Notes under the pieces: model-generated
Told to the model about the DNA's origin: nothing
The model's input: the letters and a program-made list of their open reading frames with translations, nothing else
Databases searched by the model: none
Virus record (IMG/VR): IMGVR_UViG_3300019854_000029
Span: 1 to 64,000 of that record
Length of the DNA: 64,000 bases
Strand: one strand, 5' to 3'
Source: a virus
Made by a program: the position numbers and the translations under genes
In this document: piece by piece, positions 27,149 to 36,292 of the stretch
Numbering within the stretch: position 1 is the first letter of the stretch
Layout: every line of letters begins with the position of its first letter

Positions 27149-27192
27149 AAACGGGGCGCTCAGAACACGAAATTGCTCTGAGCGCCCCGTTT
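27149..27192. terminator. bidirectional terminator
   Basis: 14-bp perfect stem ACGGGGCGCTCAGA (27151-27164) / TCTGAGCGCCCCGT (27177-27190), extended by A/T pairs. It sits between convergent genes. Confidence 0.85.
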
Positions 27193-27210
27193 AGCGTTTT
27201 TAGCGGACTT

Positions 27211-27399
27211 CTAGTCGCCCCATGTGAGGTCACCGTTTTCGTCCGTCTCAGCGGAGACAGTTCCCTTGGTCTGAGTGAAGCCCATACGGCCACCCTCGTC
27301 ACGCTGCTTAGTCATGCGCACGTAGTAGAAGATGAGGAACGCGGCCAATAGGGTAAAAACAATCGCGAACACGATTGAGACAATCGAAATGATGGACAT
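27211..27399 (-). CDS. small membrane protein
   Basis: 62 aa. The N-terminal MSIISIVSIVFAIVFTLLAAFLIFYY forms one TM helix. Confidence 0.6.
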   Translation of the reverse strand: MSIISIVSIVFAIVFTLLAAFLIFYYVRMTKQRDEGGRMGFTQTKGTVSAETDENGDLTWGD

Positions 27400-27426
27400 G
27401 TTGAGTGTTCTTTCTGTGAGAGTGTT

Positions 27427-27672
27427 TTAGTTGATGGAAGCGAGTTCTTTGATCTTGTCGGGCCTATAACCGCCCCAAGAATCAATCGTTCGAGTCCCGT
27501 CAGTCACGGTAACCACCGGAGCTGATGTGAACCCGAGGGCTTTCACGACCTCGATCTGGCTTGCGTCAGCGTCAAGGTCAACGGTCGTATAGGGCACGCC
27601 ACGGCGGTCAAGTAGCCGCTTGGTTGCGACGCACTGTTGGCAGTTGCTTTTAGTGTAGACAGTGAATGTCAT
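27427..27672 (-). CDS. nrdH: NrdH-type glutaredoxin-like redoxin
   Basis: 81 aa. It has the CQQC active site at the NrdH position and WGGYRPDKI, which matches the NrdH WSGFRPD motif. Confidence 0.85.
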   Translation of the reverse strand: MTFTVYTKSNCQQCVATKRLLDRRGVPYTTVDLDADASQIEVVKALGFTSAPVVTVTDGTRTIDSWGGYRPDKIKELASIN

Positions 27673-27690
27673 GGTGTTTCTTCTTTCTGG

Positions 27691-28428
27691 CTAGTTTTCA
27701 GGCTTGTTGTTTGGCTTGGAGTAGTCACGGTTCAAGATATGGGCAACGTTTACGAGAGGCCACCCACGCTCTTCTGCTTGCTCAGGGGTTCGGACGATAC
27801 GAACACCGCGCTTAGGGCCACCGATCACGCGGGCGCACAAGTTCAGCCACTCATACGCGCCCCACGCGCTGTCTGGCGGGAAGCTGTCAGCGTGGGGACA
27901 TACGACGGCGACAGTATCCCCATCGGTCGCGTAGATAGCGGCCTGTAGGTCACGCGCGGCCTTCTCATGCTTACGGGCGATTTCTTCAATCCCGTCACCC
28001 ACCCACGGGCCGGGCTTAGTCGCCCCAGTTTCCCATGCTTCCACGAGCTTCGGGCCGCGTGCTTTGAGTGCGCGAGCGAGCTGTGCTCGTCCTAAGCCGA
28101 TGTTTTCCCGGTAGGCGAGTACTTCCCACGGGAATGGGCGTTCATCGTCCTCAAGACTGACTTCAACCTTGATATCTCGGACACTGATCGTGTCATCATC
28201 GAGGACATAGGCGAGGAACCGAATGAGGTCCTTGATGCGCAGCGGGTATTCATCTGGCCCATACAGGTCAGTGGTCGCGCCGTCGAAACGCTGCCAGACC
28301 TTGCGAGCCTCATCCCACTGCCACACGGGGGTGTTTTGCTCACTGTCAGACATGCGCGAGATACGTTCCTCAATGTCGAAAACAGTGTCCCCACTGATAG
28401 AGCCGGACGGGTAACTGATAGTAATCAT
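27691..28428 (-). CDS. hypothetical protein with a central HTH-like segment
   Basis: 245-aa ORF. NIGLGRAQLARALKARGPKLVEAWETG looks like an XRE-type HTH. No other motif was recognised. Confidence 0.65.
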   Translation of the reverse strand: MITISYPSGSISGDTVFDIEERISRMSDSEQNTPVWQWDEARKVWQRFDGATTDLYGPDEYPLRIKDLIRFLAYVLDDDTISVRDIKVEVSLEDDERPFPWEVLAYRENIGLGRAQLARALKARGPKLVEAWETGATKPGPWVGDGIEEIARKHEKAARDLQAAIYATDGDTVAVVCPHADSFPPDSAWGAYEWLNLCARVIGGPKRGVRIVRTPEQAEERGWPLVNVAHILNRDYSKPNNKPEN

Positions 28429-28503
28429 TCTGTTCGTTTTTCCTATTGGTGTTTGCTGATGTTGTGGTTGGTGTTAAACAGTTCGGACTGTGTGCTTGTC
28501 TGG

Positions 28504-29388
28504 TTAAAGCTCAATCTGTCCGGCTGTGATGAGTTCTTCCAACTGTGCGAGAGCTTCGTTCGCGTGGCGGCGTTCTTCTTCTTGCTGCGCGCGTTCCGCT
28601 TCCCGTTTCGCTTCCCGAGCTTCAATGCCGCGTCGCTTAATTGACTCGACGATCTGCCGGTTAGCTTGACGGATACGTTCTTTCGCTTCGGGGGAGTCTT
28701 GGGCTTTACGCGCTCCACTGTTAGCGGTTGATGGTGTTTGCGTGCGCCCGTGAATGAGTTGCTGGATACGGTCGGGCGAGTAAGCGGCAACACTACTCGG
28801 CTCACTGTCGGTCGAGAACACGGCAGCGGTCTCAACGGGGGACAGGAACGTGCCACCGGAGATTGCCTCGCTCAGGTCTTGGAAGTGCTCATACAAGCTC
28901 TTGAGCGCGCCGCCCTCATTGAAACGCTGAACAGCGATAGTGCCCGCACGTTCGATGCCGCGCTTTGACGCACCACCGGCTGCTGCCATGTGAGCCGCAC
29001 GCCGATACAACAAGCCCGCGTACTGGTTGCTCTCTTCAAGGGCCTCGTCAGCGGTGTCGTTCATGGTGAGTTCAGCGAGTACACCCGTGTCGCTTTCTTC
29101 CAAGTCCTTAATGATCTGGCTTCGAGCTGAGGCTGCGCGCTGGCGTACCACGCGCAAAGCCTTATTGAACCGGGCAACAGTCACGTAGGAGCCGCCTGTT
29201 TCTTCTTCTTGCATGAGGTAGGAAACAGCGGCCTTCATGTTCGCGTCCGTCGCGTTCGGGATAATGCCCTCACGCCACGCTTGGGTGAGTGCTTCCAGTT
29301 TCTTAGGCGCTTCGGGGAGCGGGCGGATGAGACCGGTTTCGGACAGTTTCGTGAGGCATTCGCGCATCGTTTCAGGAGTGACATACAT
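28504..29388 (-). CDS. hypothetical protein (C-terminal charged coiled-coil)
   Basis: 294-aa ORF; its start lies 6 nt after the stop of the upstream gene. It has a KERIRQANRQIVESIKRRGIEAREAKREAERAQQEEERR tail. Confidence 0.7.
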   Translation of the reverse strand: MYVTPETMRECLTKLSETGLIRPLPEAPKKLEALTQAWREGIIPNATDANMKAAVSYLMQEEETGGSYVTVARFNKALRVVRQRAASARSQIIKDLEESDTGVLAELTMNDTADEALEESNQYAGLLYRRAAHMAAAGGASKRGIERAGTIAVQRFNEGGALKSLYEHFQDLSEAISGGTFLSPVETAAVFSTDSEPSSVAAYSPDRIQQLIHGRTQTPSTANSGARKAQDSPEAKERIRQANRQIVESIKRRGIEAREAKREAERAQQEEERRHANEALAQLEELITAGQIEL

Positions 29389-29394
29389 GTCTGG

Positions 29395-30528
29395 TCACCG
29401 GCTTTCTACAAGGAGTTTGGTTTGCTGTTGGTCGAGTTCAAGCATGTCAGGCGCGGGGCGGACTTTCGTGTAGATTTCTTTCGCGAAAACCGCTTGTTCC
29501 TGTGGGGAGTATTCCTGCTGGGGACGCAAGTAGCTCAAAGTATTGTTGATCGCCGCGTCTACGTCACTTCCCGTCTCCACGTGGGAGAGAGCTTCAGTGA
29601 GGACGCTTGCTACCGCGCTGTGATTGATTTTGCCGCTCAGGAGCTTTACGTCATCCAAGGCTGCTAATGCTGCTTGACGGCGCGCATCCTCTAGGTTCAT
29701 GCCGCCGCGCGCGGCTTGCATGATGATCGCCTTGGGGATTGCGTGAACGTTATGGAACGTCTTGTACCACCCGTAGCGGCACGCATTATGGAAGATCACG
29801 CTTGTTGTCTGCGCGCACACTGCCTGTAGGTTGTGGGAGGTGCGGGCGAGTTCTTCCATCGTCGTGGAGGCCACGTAAGCGTTGTAGGCTTCCACGAGGC
29901 TAGTCATCTTCGGGACGACTTCTTCAAGGCTGGTCTTAATCTTGTCCAGCCCGCCAATCATGTCCGCGTGCTGGGGGATATCTTCGAGCATGAACCCAAG
30001 ATCGCGTGCGGCTGAGTCAATGTCTTGCCCGGTTAGAACCGGGTAGGTTTCCAACTGGCGGCGCACGGCCTTAGCTTCTTCTTCCGCACTGTATTGGCTC
30101 ATGCTCATGCCGCGCTGACGCTGAGTGGAAGCCATGTATTCTTTTTCGCGCTCAAACTGAGCCGCGTCAACCATGCTTTTACGCGCGTCCCCGATACTGT
30201 CAGCGTCAAGCTGGTTCAAGAACGTGGTCGGGTGCTTCACGTACCGCAGATCGCGATTCTCGGCAGCTACAAGCTCCCGATAGTCAGTTGCTTCACGCAG
30301 GATATCTTCGGCCCGCAAACCGGCTTCTAGGGCCTTCTTCCATGACCGGAATGCGCCCTTCTTGTTCTCATGCCGAGGGTAGATCGTCCAGAACGCGCGA
30401 AAATCCGCGTCGTCATACAAACAGCGTTCCCGCTTCGGGGAAGCGGCCTCCATGTCGCCCTCGGTTACGTCGAGAACAACCACGTTTTGTGCGTCATCTT
30501 GTCTGGACGCTAGTTCTTTACTGCTCAT
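29395..30528 (-). CDS. hypothetical protein, possibly replication-associated
   Basis: 377 aa. The N-terminal FRAFWTIYPRHENKKGAFRSWKKAL resembles the F..FW..YP.K..K..A...W.K motif I recall at the N-termini of phage/plasmid replication-organiser proteins (not searched). Confidence 0.65.
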   Translation of the reverse strand: MSSKELASRQDDAQNVVVLDVTEGDMEAASPKRERCLYDDADFRAFWTIYPRHENKKGAFRSWKKALEAGLRAEDILREATDYRELVAAENRDLRYVKHPTTFLNQLDADSIGDARKSMVDAAQFEREKEYMASTQRQRGMSMSQYSAEEEAKAVRRQLETYPVLTGQDIDSAARDLGFMLEDIPQHADMIGGLDKIKTSLEEVVPKMTSLVEAYNAYVASTTMEELARTSHNLQAVCAQTTSVIFHNACRYGWYKTFHNVHAIPKAIIMQAARGGMNLEDARRQAALAALDDVKLLSGKINHSAVASVLTEALSHVETGSDVDAAINNTLSYLRPQQEYSPQEQAVFAKEIYTKVRPAPDMLELDQQQTKLLVESR

Positions 30529-30562
30529 GGTTTACGTTTTCTGGCTGTTGGCTTTGGTTTGG

Positions 30563-30820
30563 TTAGTTGGAGAGAGCGTTTTTGGTTTCTTGGAAGATGT
30601 CGTCGGCAGAGGAACCAATCAGGTCACACAGGCGTGCGTATTCATCGACCGTGAACGTCTCGTTGCAGGTTTGGTTGAGCTTGCGAGACATGGTGACGCG
30701 GGAAAGGCCGATAGCGTTCGCCGCATCAGCGATGCTTATTCCCTTCTCGTATAGGCGTACTTTGAGCCGGTGGCCGACTGCGCGTCGGAAGTCGCCTGAT
30801 GTGTACTCTGTGGTGTCCAT
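30563..30820 (-). CDS. XRE-type HTH regulator
   Basis: The track ORF extends to 30871; ATG 30820 gives MDTTEYTSG. GISIADAANAIGLSRVTMSRKLN is a Cro/C1 HTH. Confidence 0.8.
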   Translation of the reverse strand: MDTTEYTSGDFRRAVGHRLKVRLYEKGISIADAANAIGLSRVTMSRKLNQTCNETFTVDEYARLCDLIGSSADDIFQETKNALSN

Positions 30821-30875
30821 GCCCAAAAGAATATACGAAAACCGCACACACGTAAAGTTAAGCGCACACATGTTT

Positions 30876-30887
30876 CAATTTCGATAC
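30876..30887 (+). promoter_or_regulatory. Recurring upstream element, degenerate copy (upstream of the envelope operon)
   Basis: CAATTTCGATAC compared with CAATTTAGGTAC. It is followed by TGGTATGGT (extended -10-like) and lies 100 nt upstream of ATG 30987. Confidence 0.3.
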
Positions 30888-30986
30888 ACGTGTGGTATGG
30901 TGGAACCATTAACCAAACCGCAAACAATCGCCCATACAAATCAACGACCAGCCATTAAAAAACGGCAATCAAAAGGAAAGGGCAGC

Positions 30987-31511
30987 ATGGCAAACAGCTC
31001 CAACCCGCTTGCAAGGCGTTTCGCGTCTTTCGGCGCGCGCCTCATCAGGTTCATGTTCATCATCACCGCATACGTGATCGGCGGTAGCCTATCCGCGTCC
31101 CTCACGCGACTAAACCGGCAGATGACACGCAACGACACTCAACTCGCCCTCCACCCGCCAACAGACGCAACAACGCAAATCCCTAACCCGCTCCCAGACG
31201 GAGCTATCACCGCTCACGTGTCCTCACACGCCGGGGCACCCGCATACTCCGCTTCCGAGAACGTTCTCGTCAGCCCCGTGAGCCTCTTCCATCAGCCGTT
31301 CGTGTCTTACATTTCCCTGCTCATCATCATTTTTGCTCTCACCTATTTCGCTACCCGCAGGGGGTGGAGTCGCATCCCTAAGCTGGGGGAGTATCGGACA
31401 ATGACCGGCAGACAAATCGGAGAGAAAATCTGGGGATTCATGACGACCGTCGCATTCCTCATGGGATTCGCCCTCCTGAGCGCAATCTTGCATACGGCAC
31501 TCATCCGCTAG
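30987..31511 (+). CDS. polytopic membrane protein
   Basis: ATG 30987 (AAAGGAAAGGG upstream) lies inside track ORF 30567-31511. The 5' part of that ORF overlaps the XRE gene on the opposite strand. There are several hydrophobic helices (FMFIITAYVIGGSL, LLIIIFALTYF, TVAFLMGFALLSAIL). Confidence 0.7.
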   Translation: MANSSNPLARRFASFGARLIRFMFIITAYVIGGSLSASLTRLNRQMTRNDTQLALHPPTDATTQIPNPLPDGAITAHVSSHAGAPAYSASENVLVSPVSLFHQPFVSYISLLIIIFALTYFATRRGWSRIPKLGEYRTMTGRQIGEKIWGFMTTVAFLMGFALLSAILHTALIR

Positions 31512-31524
31512 AACCGAGGTACTT

Positions 31525-32406
31525 ATGGAAATCGAATACGACCCGTGGTCAGGGGAAGAAGAACCCCAACAGCCCCCCAAGCGCGCCACGGTACAAGCTG
31601 AAGCACGCAAGGCCGCTAAAGGTGGAAACCAGAGCCGCAAGGTCTACATCGTGTGCGCAATCCTCATCGCGCTACTCATGGGCTTCTTCATCCTCGGGAA
31701 AACCATCTACAAACCAGCAAAAACCACTCCAACACCCAGCGCCCCCACCTCAACCACCCCCGCGCCGCGCATCACCTACAACGCAAGCGACTACGAGGAA
31801 AACCCAGACACCTGTAAGCGCATGTACGAAACCGGCGACCCGCAGTTGTATTGGTCGTGCGTCCAAGGCGACCTGAAACTCGGGGCCGTCTCATGGACCG
31901 GGAAAGTCAAAGACCGGCCCGAAAACTCTCGCCCCTCACTCATCGCCCCCGGTAACGGGCTTGGCCCATACAACGACGGAGTGATCGACCCAGAAGCAAC
32001 CGCAACATGTTTCGCTGAAACCTGCCTCGTCCCCGTCACTTTCGACAACGGAAACAAGCCCGCATACGCCTTGTTCAGCATCTACGACTCGTGGGCAGGG
32101 GGAGTGTTCGTCCCCGTCGAGGACGCAGCCCAAGTTCTCACGCCCAAAGTCATCTTCTCCTACGTGCCAAACGGAGACGCTTCCCCAGACCCCGACATCG
32201 CACAAGCAACCCCTACAAGGCTCAAGATCGACGGGAAAACCTACGTTGGGTTCCTCCCATACGCAGCCACTTACTGTGGGGAAACAACCAGCGAATGTCA
32301 ACACAACCGGGAAGCAGACCGCTCTAAAGTCACCCCCACCGGCACTACGCATATCCTCTCCCCAGCGGAAGTACACGTGACCACGAAAAGCCCCACCAAC
32401 AAGTAG
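31525..32406 (+). CDS. membrane-anchored extracytoplasmic protein
   Basis: 293 aa with one TM helix (VYIVCAILIALLMGFFILG), then a Pro/Thr-rich linker and a Cys-containing domain. Confidence 0.75.
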   Translation: MEIEYDPWSGEEEPQQPPKRATVQAEARKAAKGGNQSRKVYIVCAILIALLMGFFILGKTIYKPAKTTPTPSAPTSTTPAPRITYNASDYEENPDTCKRMYETGDPQLYWSCVQGDLKLGAVSWTGKVKDRPENSRPSLIAPGNGLGPYNDGVIDPEATATCFAETCLVPVTFDNGNKPAYALFSIYDSWAGGVFVPVEDAAQVLTPKVIFSYVPNGDASPDPDIAQATPTRLKIDGKTYVGFLPYAATYCGETTSECQHNREADRSKVTPTGTTHILSPAEVHVTTKSPTNK

Positions 32407-32448
32407 CTCCAAACCAACAAGCACCAACTAGAAAAGACCAGACCCGAA

Positions 32449-33618
32449 ATGACTCCACTCATCCTGATCGACACCGATGGACACATGTTCGTCGCCCCCG
32501 GCTCACAGGCAGCTATCCCGTTCATCGCTGAAGTCATTGAACGCACCGAGGACGGGTACGACCTCGCGGACGCTCTCTTGATCGCAGAAAGCCTCTACGA
32601 CCTCCACGAGGACGGGAATATCCCGTACATCAACCCCTACGACCTTTCACCCGAGGACACTCTGGCAGTCACCCGCCACATCAGCGCGTTCCGTTTCCGC
32701 ACGCGCTTCCTCGCATACCAGCCCACATGGCAGGTCTACGTGGACGAAGCTCCCGTCCGCTTCACCCTCGAAGATGTCTTTAACGACGAGTACTCCTGTG
32801 AGCGCATCGCCCGCGTTCTCGACAATCACGGCGTACACGTCCCCGAGGGTGAAGAAACCAACTTTGACTACGAGAACAAGAAACAGCGAGCACTCCTGTG
32901 GTGCGTCGCAGCCACATGCGCGCTCCTCCTCGGAAACAACCGGTCGTTGGAAGCCCGTGACCGGCTCAACCGGGAAATGTTCGGCGGCAGTCAAGCTCTC
33001 GTCGGCCCTGTCCCGATGAAAATGTATTGCGATACGGTGAATGAGTACGCGCTCACCATGCCCCGCAGTCTCGCTGTCGCCACACGCCTCCTAGTGGACA
33101 GTTACCTGTACGAGAACACTCCTTATCGTCTCCTCGACGATACGGAACTCATGCACCTACGCATGGCCGACAAGTCCTATGAATGGCTCGCACCCCGCTA
33201 CACGCTCTCAGGGAACGTCCTCACCTACGAGTGGTACAAGGACACCAACACGTACACGTATCTCGCAGGCAGGCTCTCCATCCCCCGAAGGTTCCTAGAA
33301 GGCGGCGTAGACGAAGTACAAGAACTCACCATGATCGCCCGCGATACCCTCGCAGAACATATGCGAGACCAGCCCGAAACATTCCAGCACGGCTTCTTGT
33401 TGGGCACTCGCGGGGACGAGTGCGTTACCCAAGGACAGATCGCCTACATTGACGGCCACGAGGTCCCCGCATACACGTACCCGCCGTTCATTCCGGGATT
33501 CGACTACGACATTTGCAGACTTCTACGCACGGTGCCCGGTGGCTACTATGCAGGCACTTTTACCACCGTCATCGACGAAAACTTTGGCGTTTACTACCAG
33601 CCAAAAGAAACCGATTAA
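32449..33618 (+). CDS. hypothetical acidic protein
   Basis: 389-aa ORF. Its N-terminal LILIDTDGHMFVA module resembles two modules in the next gene. Confidence 0.75.
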   Translation: MTPLILIDTDGHMFVAPGSQAAIPFIAEVIERTEDGYDLADALLIAESLYDLHEDGNIPYINPYDLSPEDTLAVTRHISAFRFRTRFLAYQPTWQVYVDEAPVRFTLEDVFNDEYSCERIARVLDNHGVHVPEGEETNFDYENKKQRALLWCVAATCALLLGNNRSLEARDRLNREMFGGSQALVGPVPMKMYCDTVNEYALTMPRSLAVATRLLVDSYLYENTPYRLLDDTELMHLRMADKSYEWLAPRYTLSGNVLTYEWYKDTNTYTYLAGRLSIPRRFLEGGVDEVQELTMIARDTLAEHMRDQPETFQHGFLLGTRGDECVTQGQIAYIDGHEVPAYTYPPFIPGFDYDICRLLRTVPGGYYAGTFTTVIDENFGVYYQPKETD

Positions 33619-33630
33619 GGAGGCGTGCTC

Positions 33631-35055
33631 ATGGCTGCCAGCGTGTTCCCCGTCCTTGTTGTCATCAACCATGAAGGGTTCTATGTCGCAAGCCGTAAAG
33701 ACTTAGAGGACGGCGTATTTGACAACCTACAGTTCTCAGAAGAAAAGCTCGCGCGAGTAGCGGAGTTAGGCAATTATGCGCAGGAAGTCTACGGTACGGA
33801 CGAGAAGTTCTGTGACGACGAGATCAAGAAAGCTATCACGCGGGACTTTGTAGGCTGGCTCGCGGACATGATCGACTCCGGTAGTCCTAGCGACTTGGTT
33901 ACCGCCATCAAAGACCTTGATATGCCCGGCAGGTTCATCCCTCTGCTTGGACACGCTTCCTATGTTGAAACGCTGCACGCCCCGTATAAGTGGGACGAAG
34001 AAGTTGGCTACAAGACACGCAGGGGACTGCACCTTACGGGAATCAAGCTCGCAGACTTAATCAACGACCGCTTGTACGAAGATCGCCTAATTCAGAGCAT
34101 CGAGCAGTGTATTGACGAGCGAGAAATTAAGGACCCGTCCTGTCGCAGAGACTTCTGCTCCACGGTGCATTTCCTACACTTTACGGACGGGGTGAGCGCG
34201 ATTAACGCTTGTGCTGTCCTTAAAGGCAATCCAACAGCGCGTGAAAAGCTCACCGAGGAAATGAATCTTTCCATAGAGAAACTGGGCTTACTGAAGGGCA
34301 TGACCTTAGAAGGCTGCACAATCGGCTCCGATGGGCGAGTAATGGAGGACGTGCAAGAACACTGCCCTTACCCCGCTTTAGTGTCGATTGATGGAGACGC
34401 GGTTTTCCTCGCTTGTGACGAGGATATTGATGTCGCTTCTGACGTGTTCCTCTCTAATGTTGATGAGGACGAAATGGTTAGGGTTTTTGGCCCAGAATGC
34501 GAGGACCGAACATACGGACACCGCTACGACGAAGAACTTCAGGAACGCATCGGAGACTATCTAAACGACGCGCTGATCGAACTTTCTTGTGCGCTCGGGT
34601 TCGCGGGTGAAACTAAAACCGGCAAACCCAACGGTGAATACGAAACCGAGGTCGTAGACTACAAAATCAACCGCGTTCTCGGTATCTCCAAGGAATACGA
34701 CGCGGCCCTACCCATCGTGGGACTATGGCAACCCGCCGAGCTTGCGTTCACCCCTAAGACGTGGCTGTATTTCATTGACAGCAAGGGGCGCGAAATGGAA
34801 CTTCCTCTCGACGGCTTTATCGCTCACTACGTGACTGATGAAGAGATCAACAAAGTTGCCGAACGATTCCACAAAACACATGCCGACATCCCTGCGCGCA
34901 AAAAGTTCGCATCAGTGACAATGGACCTCCACAGCGGCATTGACGCATTGAACATGCTCACCCTCCTATACGGGAGCCGTGAGATCGCGACACTAGCGTT
35001 GGTAGACGCAGCCGCTAAGCGTGGAATCACGATCGCCGGAGTGGCGTTCCGTTAG
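33631..35055 (+). CDS. hypothetical acidic protein with an internally duplicated module
   Basis: ATG 33631 has GGAGG 7 nt upstream (track start GTG 33625). FPVLVVINHEGFYVASRKDLEDG and YPALVSIDGDAVFLACDEDIDV are repeated modules. Confidence 0.75.
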   Translation: MAASVFPVLVVINHEGFYVASRKDLEDGVFDNLQFSEEKLARVAELGNYAQEVYGTDEKFCDDEIKKAITRDFVGWLADMIDSGSPSDLVTAIKDLDMPGRFIPLLGHASYVETLHAPYKWDEEVGYKTRRGLHLTGIKLADLINDRLYEDRLIQSIEQCIDEREIKDPSCRRDFCSTVHFLHFTDGVSAINACAVLKGNPTAREKLTEEMNLSIEKLGLLKGMTLEGCTIGSDGRVMEDVQEHCPYPALVSIDGDAVFLACDEDIDVASDVFLSNVDEDEMVRVFGPECEDRTYGHRYDEELQERIGDYLNDALIELSCALGFAGETKTGKPNGEYETEVVDYKINRVLGISKEYDAALPIVGLWQPAELAFTPKTWLYFIDSKGREMELPLDGFIAHYVTDEEINKVAERFHKTHADIPARKKFASVTMDLHSGIDALNMLTLLYGSREIATLALVDAAAKRGITIAGVAFR

Positions 35056-35062
35056 GCAACAA

Positions 35063-36274
35063 ATGATTACAGTCAACCAAGCCCATCACGCGCTCATCGC
35101 GCGCTTGGCCCTAGTAGCTTGCCTCATCGTCATGCTGCTAGGGCTAGGCGGCGTTCGCGGCGCATACGCTCTACCCGCTAATCCCACTGTCTCTGATGAG
35201 GCTATTGAGGCGAACTGGAACAGTCTTGACGACGACCATAAGAAGATCGCGCAGGATGTCGTATCAGCCGCGCAAGCCCAAGGGTTCAGTAAGGAAGCGG
35301 CAGCAGCTATCGCAGGGAACTTCTGGCGCGAGTCAGGGTTCAGTTTGGACGCACAAAACCCCTCTAGTGGCGCGTGTGGCCTGTATCAGGCTCTCGGCTC
35401 AAGGCGCACCTCGCTACTCGCTAAGAACGGCGTGAACTCCTGTAGCGGGCTGAAAGCCGACAAGACAATGGAAGCTGCCATTGAGGACGGGCGCTTAGAG
35501 TGGGTGGGTTGGAAAACCACCGCGAGTATTTACCCGTCAATGGCCCAGTATGCGCTCACCGACGCTGACAAGTACGGCGTGAAGGGCGCGACCGTCCCGT
35601 CTGGGGAAGATAAGTTCGACAACGTAGACGCATTCAAGAAAACCGACAATTGGTATTTCGCGACGTGGATTTGGATGACGAACTGGGAAGCGCCCGGCGG
35701 CGCGGAAGCCGGGTTCATGAAGCGCGTCTCCTACACGGCGACAATCCTCAAGAAAGTCAACGGCGGCTCTGTTTCTTCATCGTCCGCGTCTGCCGGTACA
35801 GATAAGGGCGGCGGGGGAATTAAGGACGACTGGGAACTACCGGGTATGCCCAAGAAACCGAGCATCACGGAAGGACAAGCCGTCTCACTGGCTGAAGGTT
35901 CTCAGTTGTCCCAGCAGCAGAAAGACAACCTGTACGACATTCTCGCCCAACGGGAACTTGAGTCTCAGTCCGCGCTCGATAGGGCTGTCGCAGTGGGCTG
36001 TTCGGTGTTCGGTGTCTTGTTGATCGTCTGGGCGGTCATGCAGTTCGCTGGCTTAGCTGTCAGTCTTGTTTCCCCACAGTTGCACGCCTACCGGCTTGTC
36101 ATGCTTGGGAACCTTGAATACGCGCCCACCCCGGAAGAAGCAACAAGCGACAAGTACGTGACCTTGAAGGGCGCGATAGGTATTGCTGTTGCGACGCTCA
36201 TCATGGCCGCGCTCCTCCTAACAGCAGCCCTACAAGACGCAATCACCTCACTTTTAAGCTATTTCATTTCCTAA
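35063..36274 (+). CDS. secreted peptidoglycan hydrolase (phage-tail-lysozyme-like) with C-terminal membrane anchor module
   Basis: ATG 35063 begins a signal peptide (ARLALVACLIVMLLGLGGVRGAYA). IAGNFWRESGFSLDAQNPSSGACGLYQALGSRRTSLL matches the GN..ES...G..Q..G.R..L lysozyme motif. The C-terminal ELPGMP...LLIVWAVM module with TM helices is shared with 42229-43563. Confidence 0.7.
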   Translation: MITVNQAHHALIARLALVACLIVMLLGLGGVRGAYALPANPTVSDEAIEANWNSLDDDHKKIAQDVVSAAQAQGFSKEAAAAIAGNFWRESGFSLDAQNPSSGACGLYQALGSRRTSLLAKNGVNSCSGLKADKTMEAAIEDGRLEWVGWKTTASIYPSMAQYALTDADKYGVKGATVPSGEDKFDNVDAFKKTDNWYFATWIWMTNWEAPGGAEAGFMKRVSYTATILKKVNGGSVSSSSASAGTDKGGGGIKDDWELPGMPKKPSITEGQAVSLAEGSQLSQQQKDNLYDILAQRELESQSALDRAVAVGCSVFGVLLIVWAVMQFAGLAVSLVSPQLHAYRLVMLGNLEYAPTPEEATSDKYVTLKGAIGIAVATLIMAALLLTAALQDAITSLLSYFIS

Positions 36275-36292
36275 CCACGAAAGGACAAAACT

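Noticed and set aside
30567-30986. 5' part of the 314-aa plus-strand track ORF
   Set aside because: It overlaps the well-supported XRE gene on the opposite strand. A good SD + ATG at 30987 starts the hydrophobic protein.
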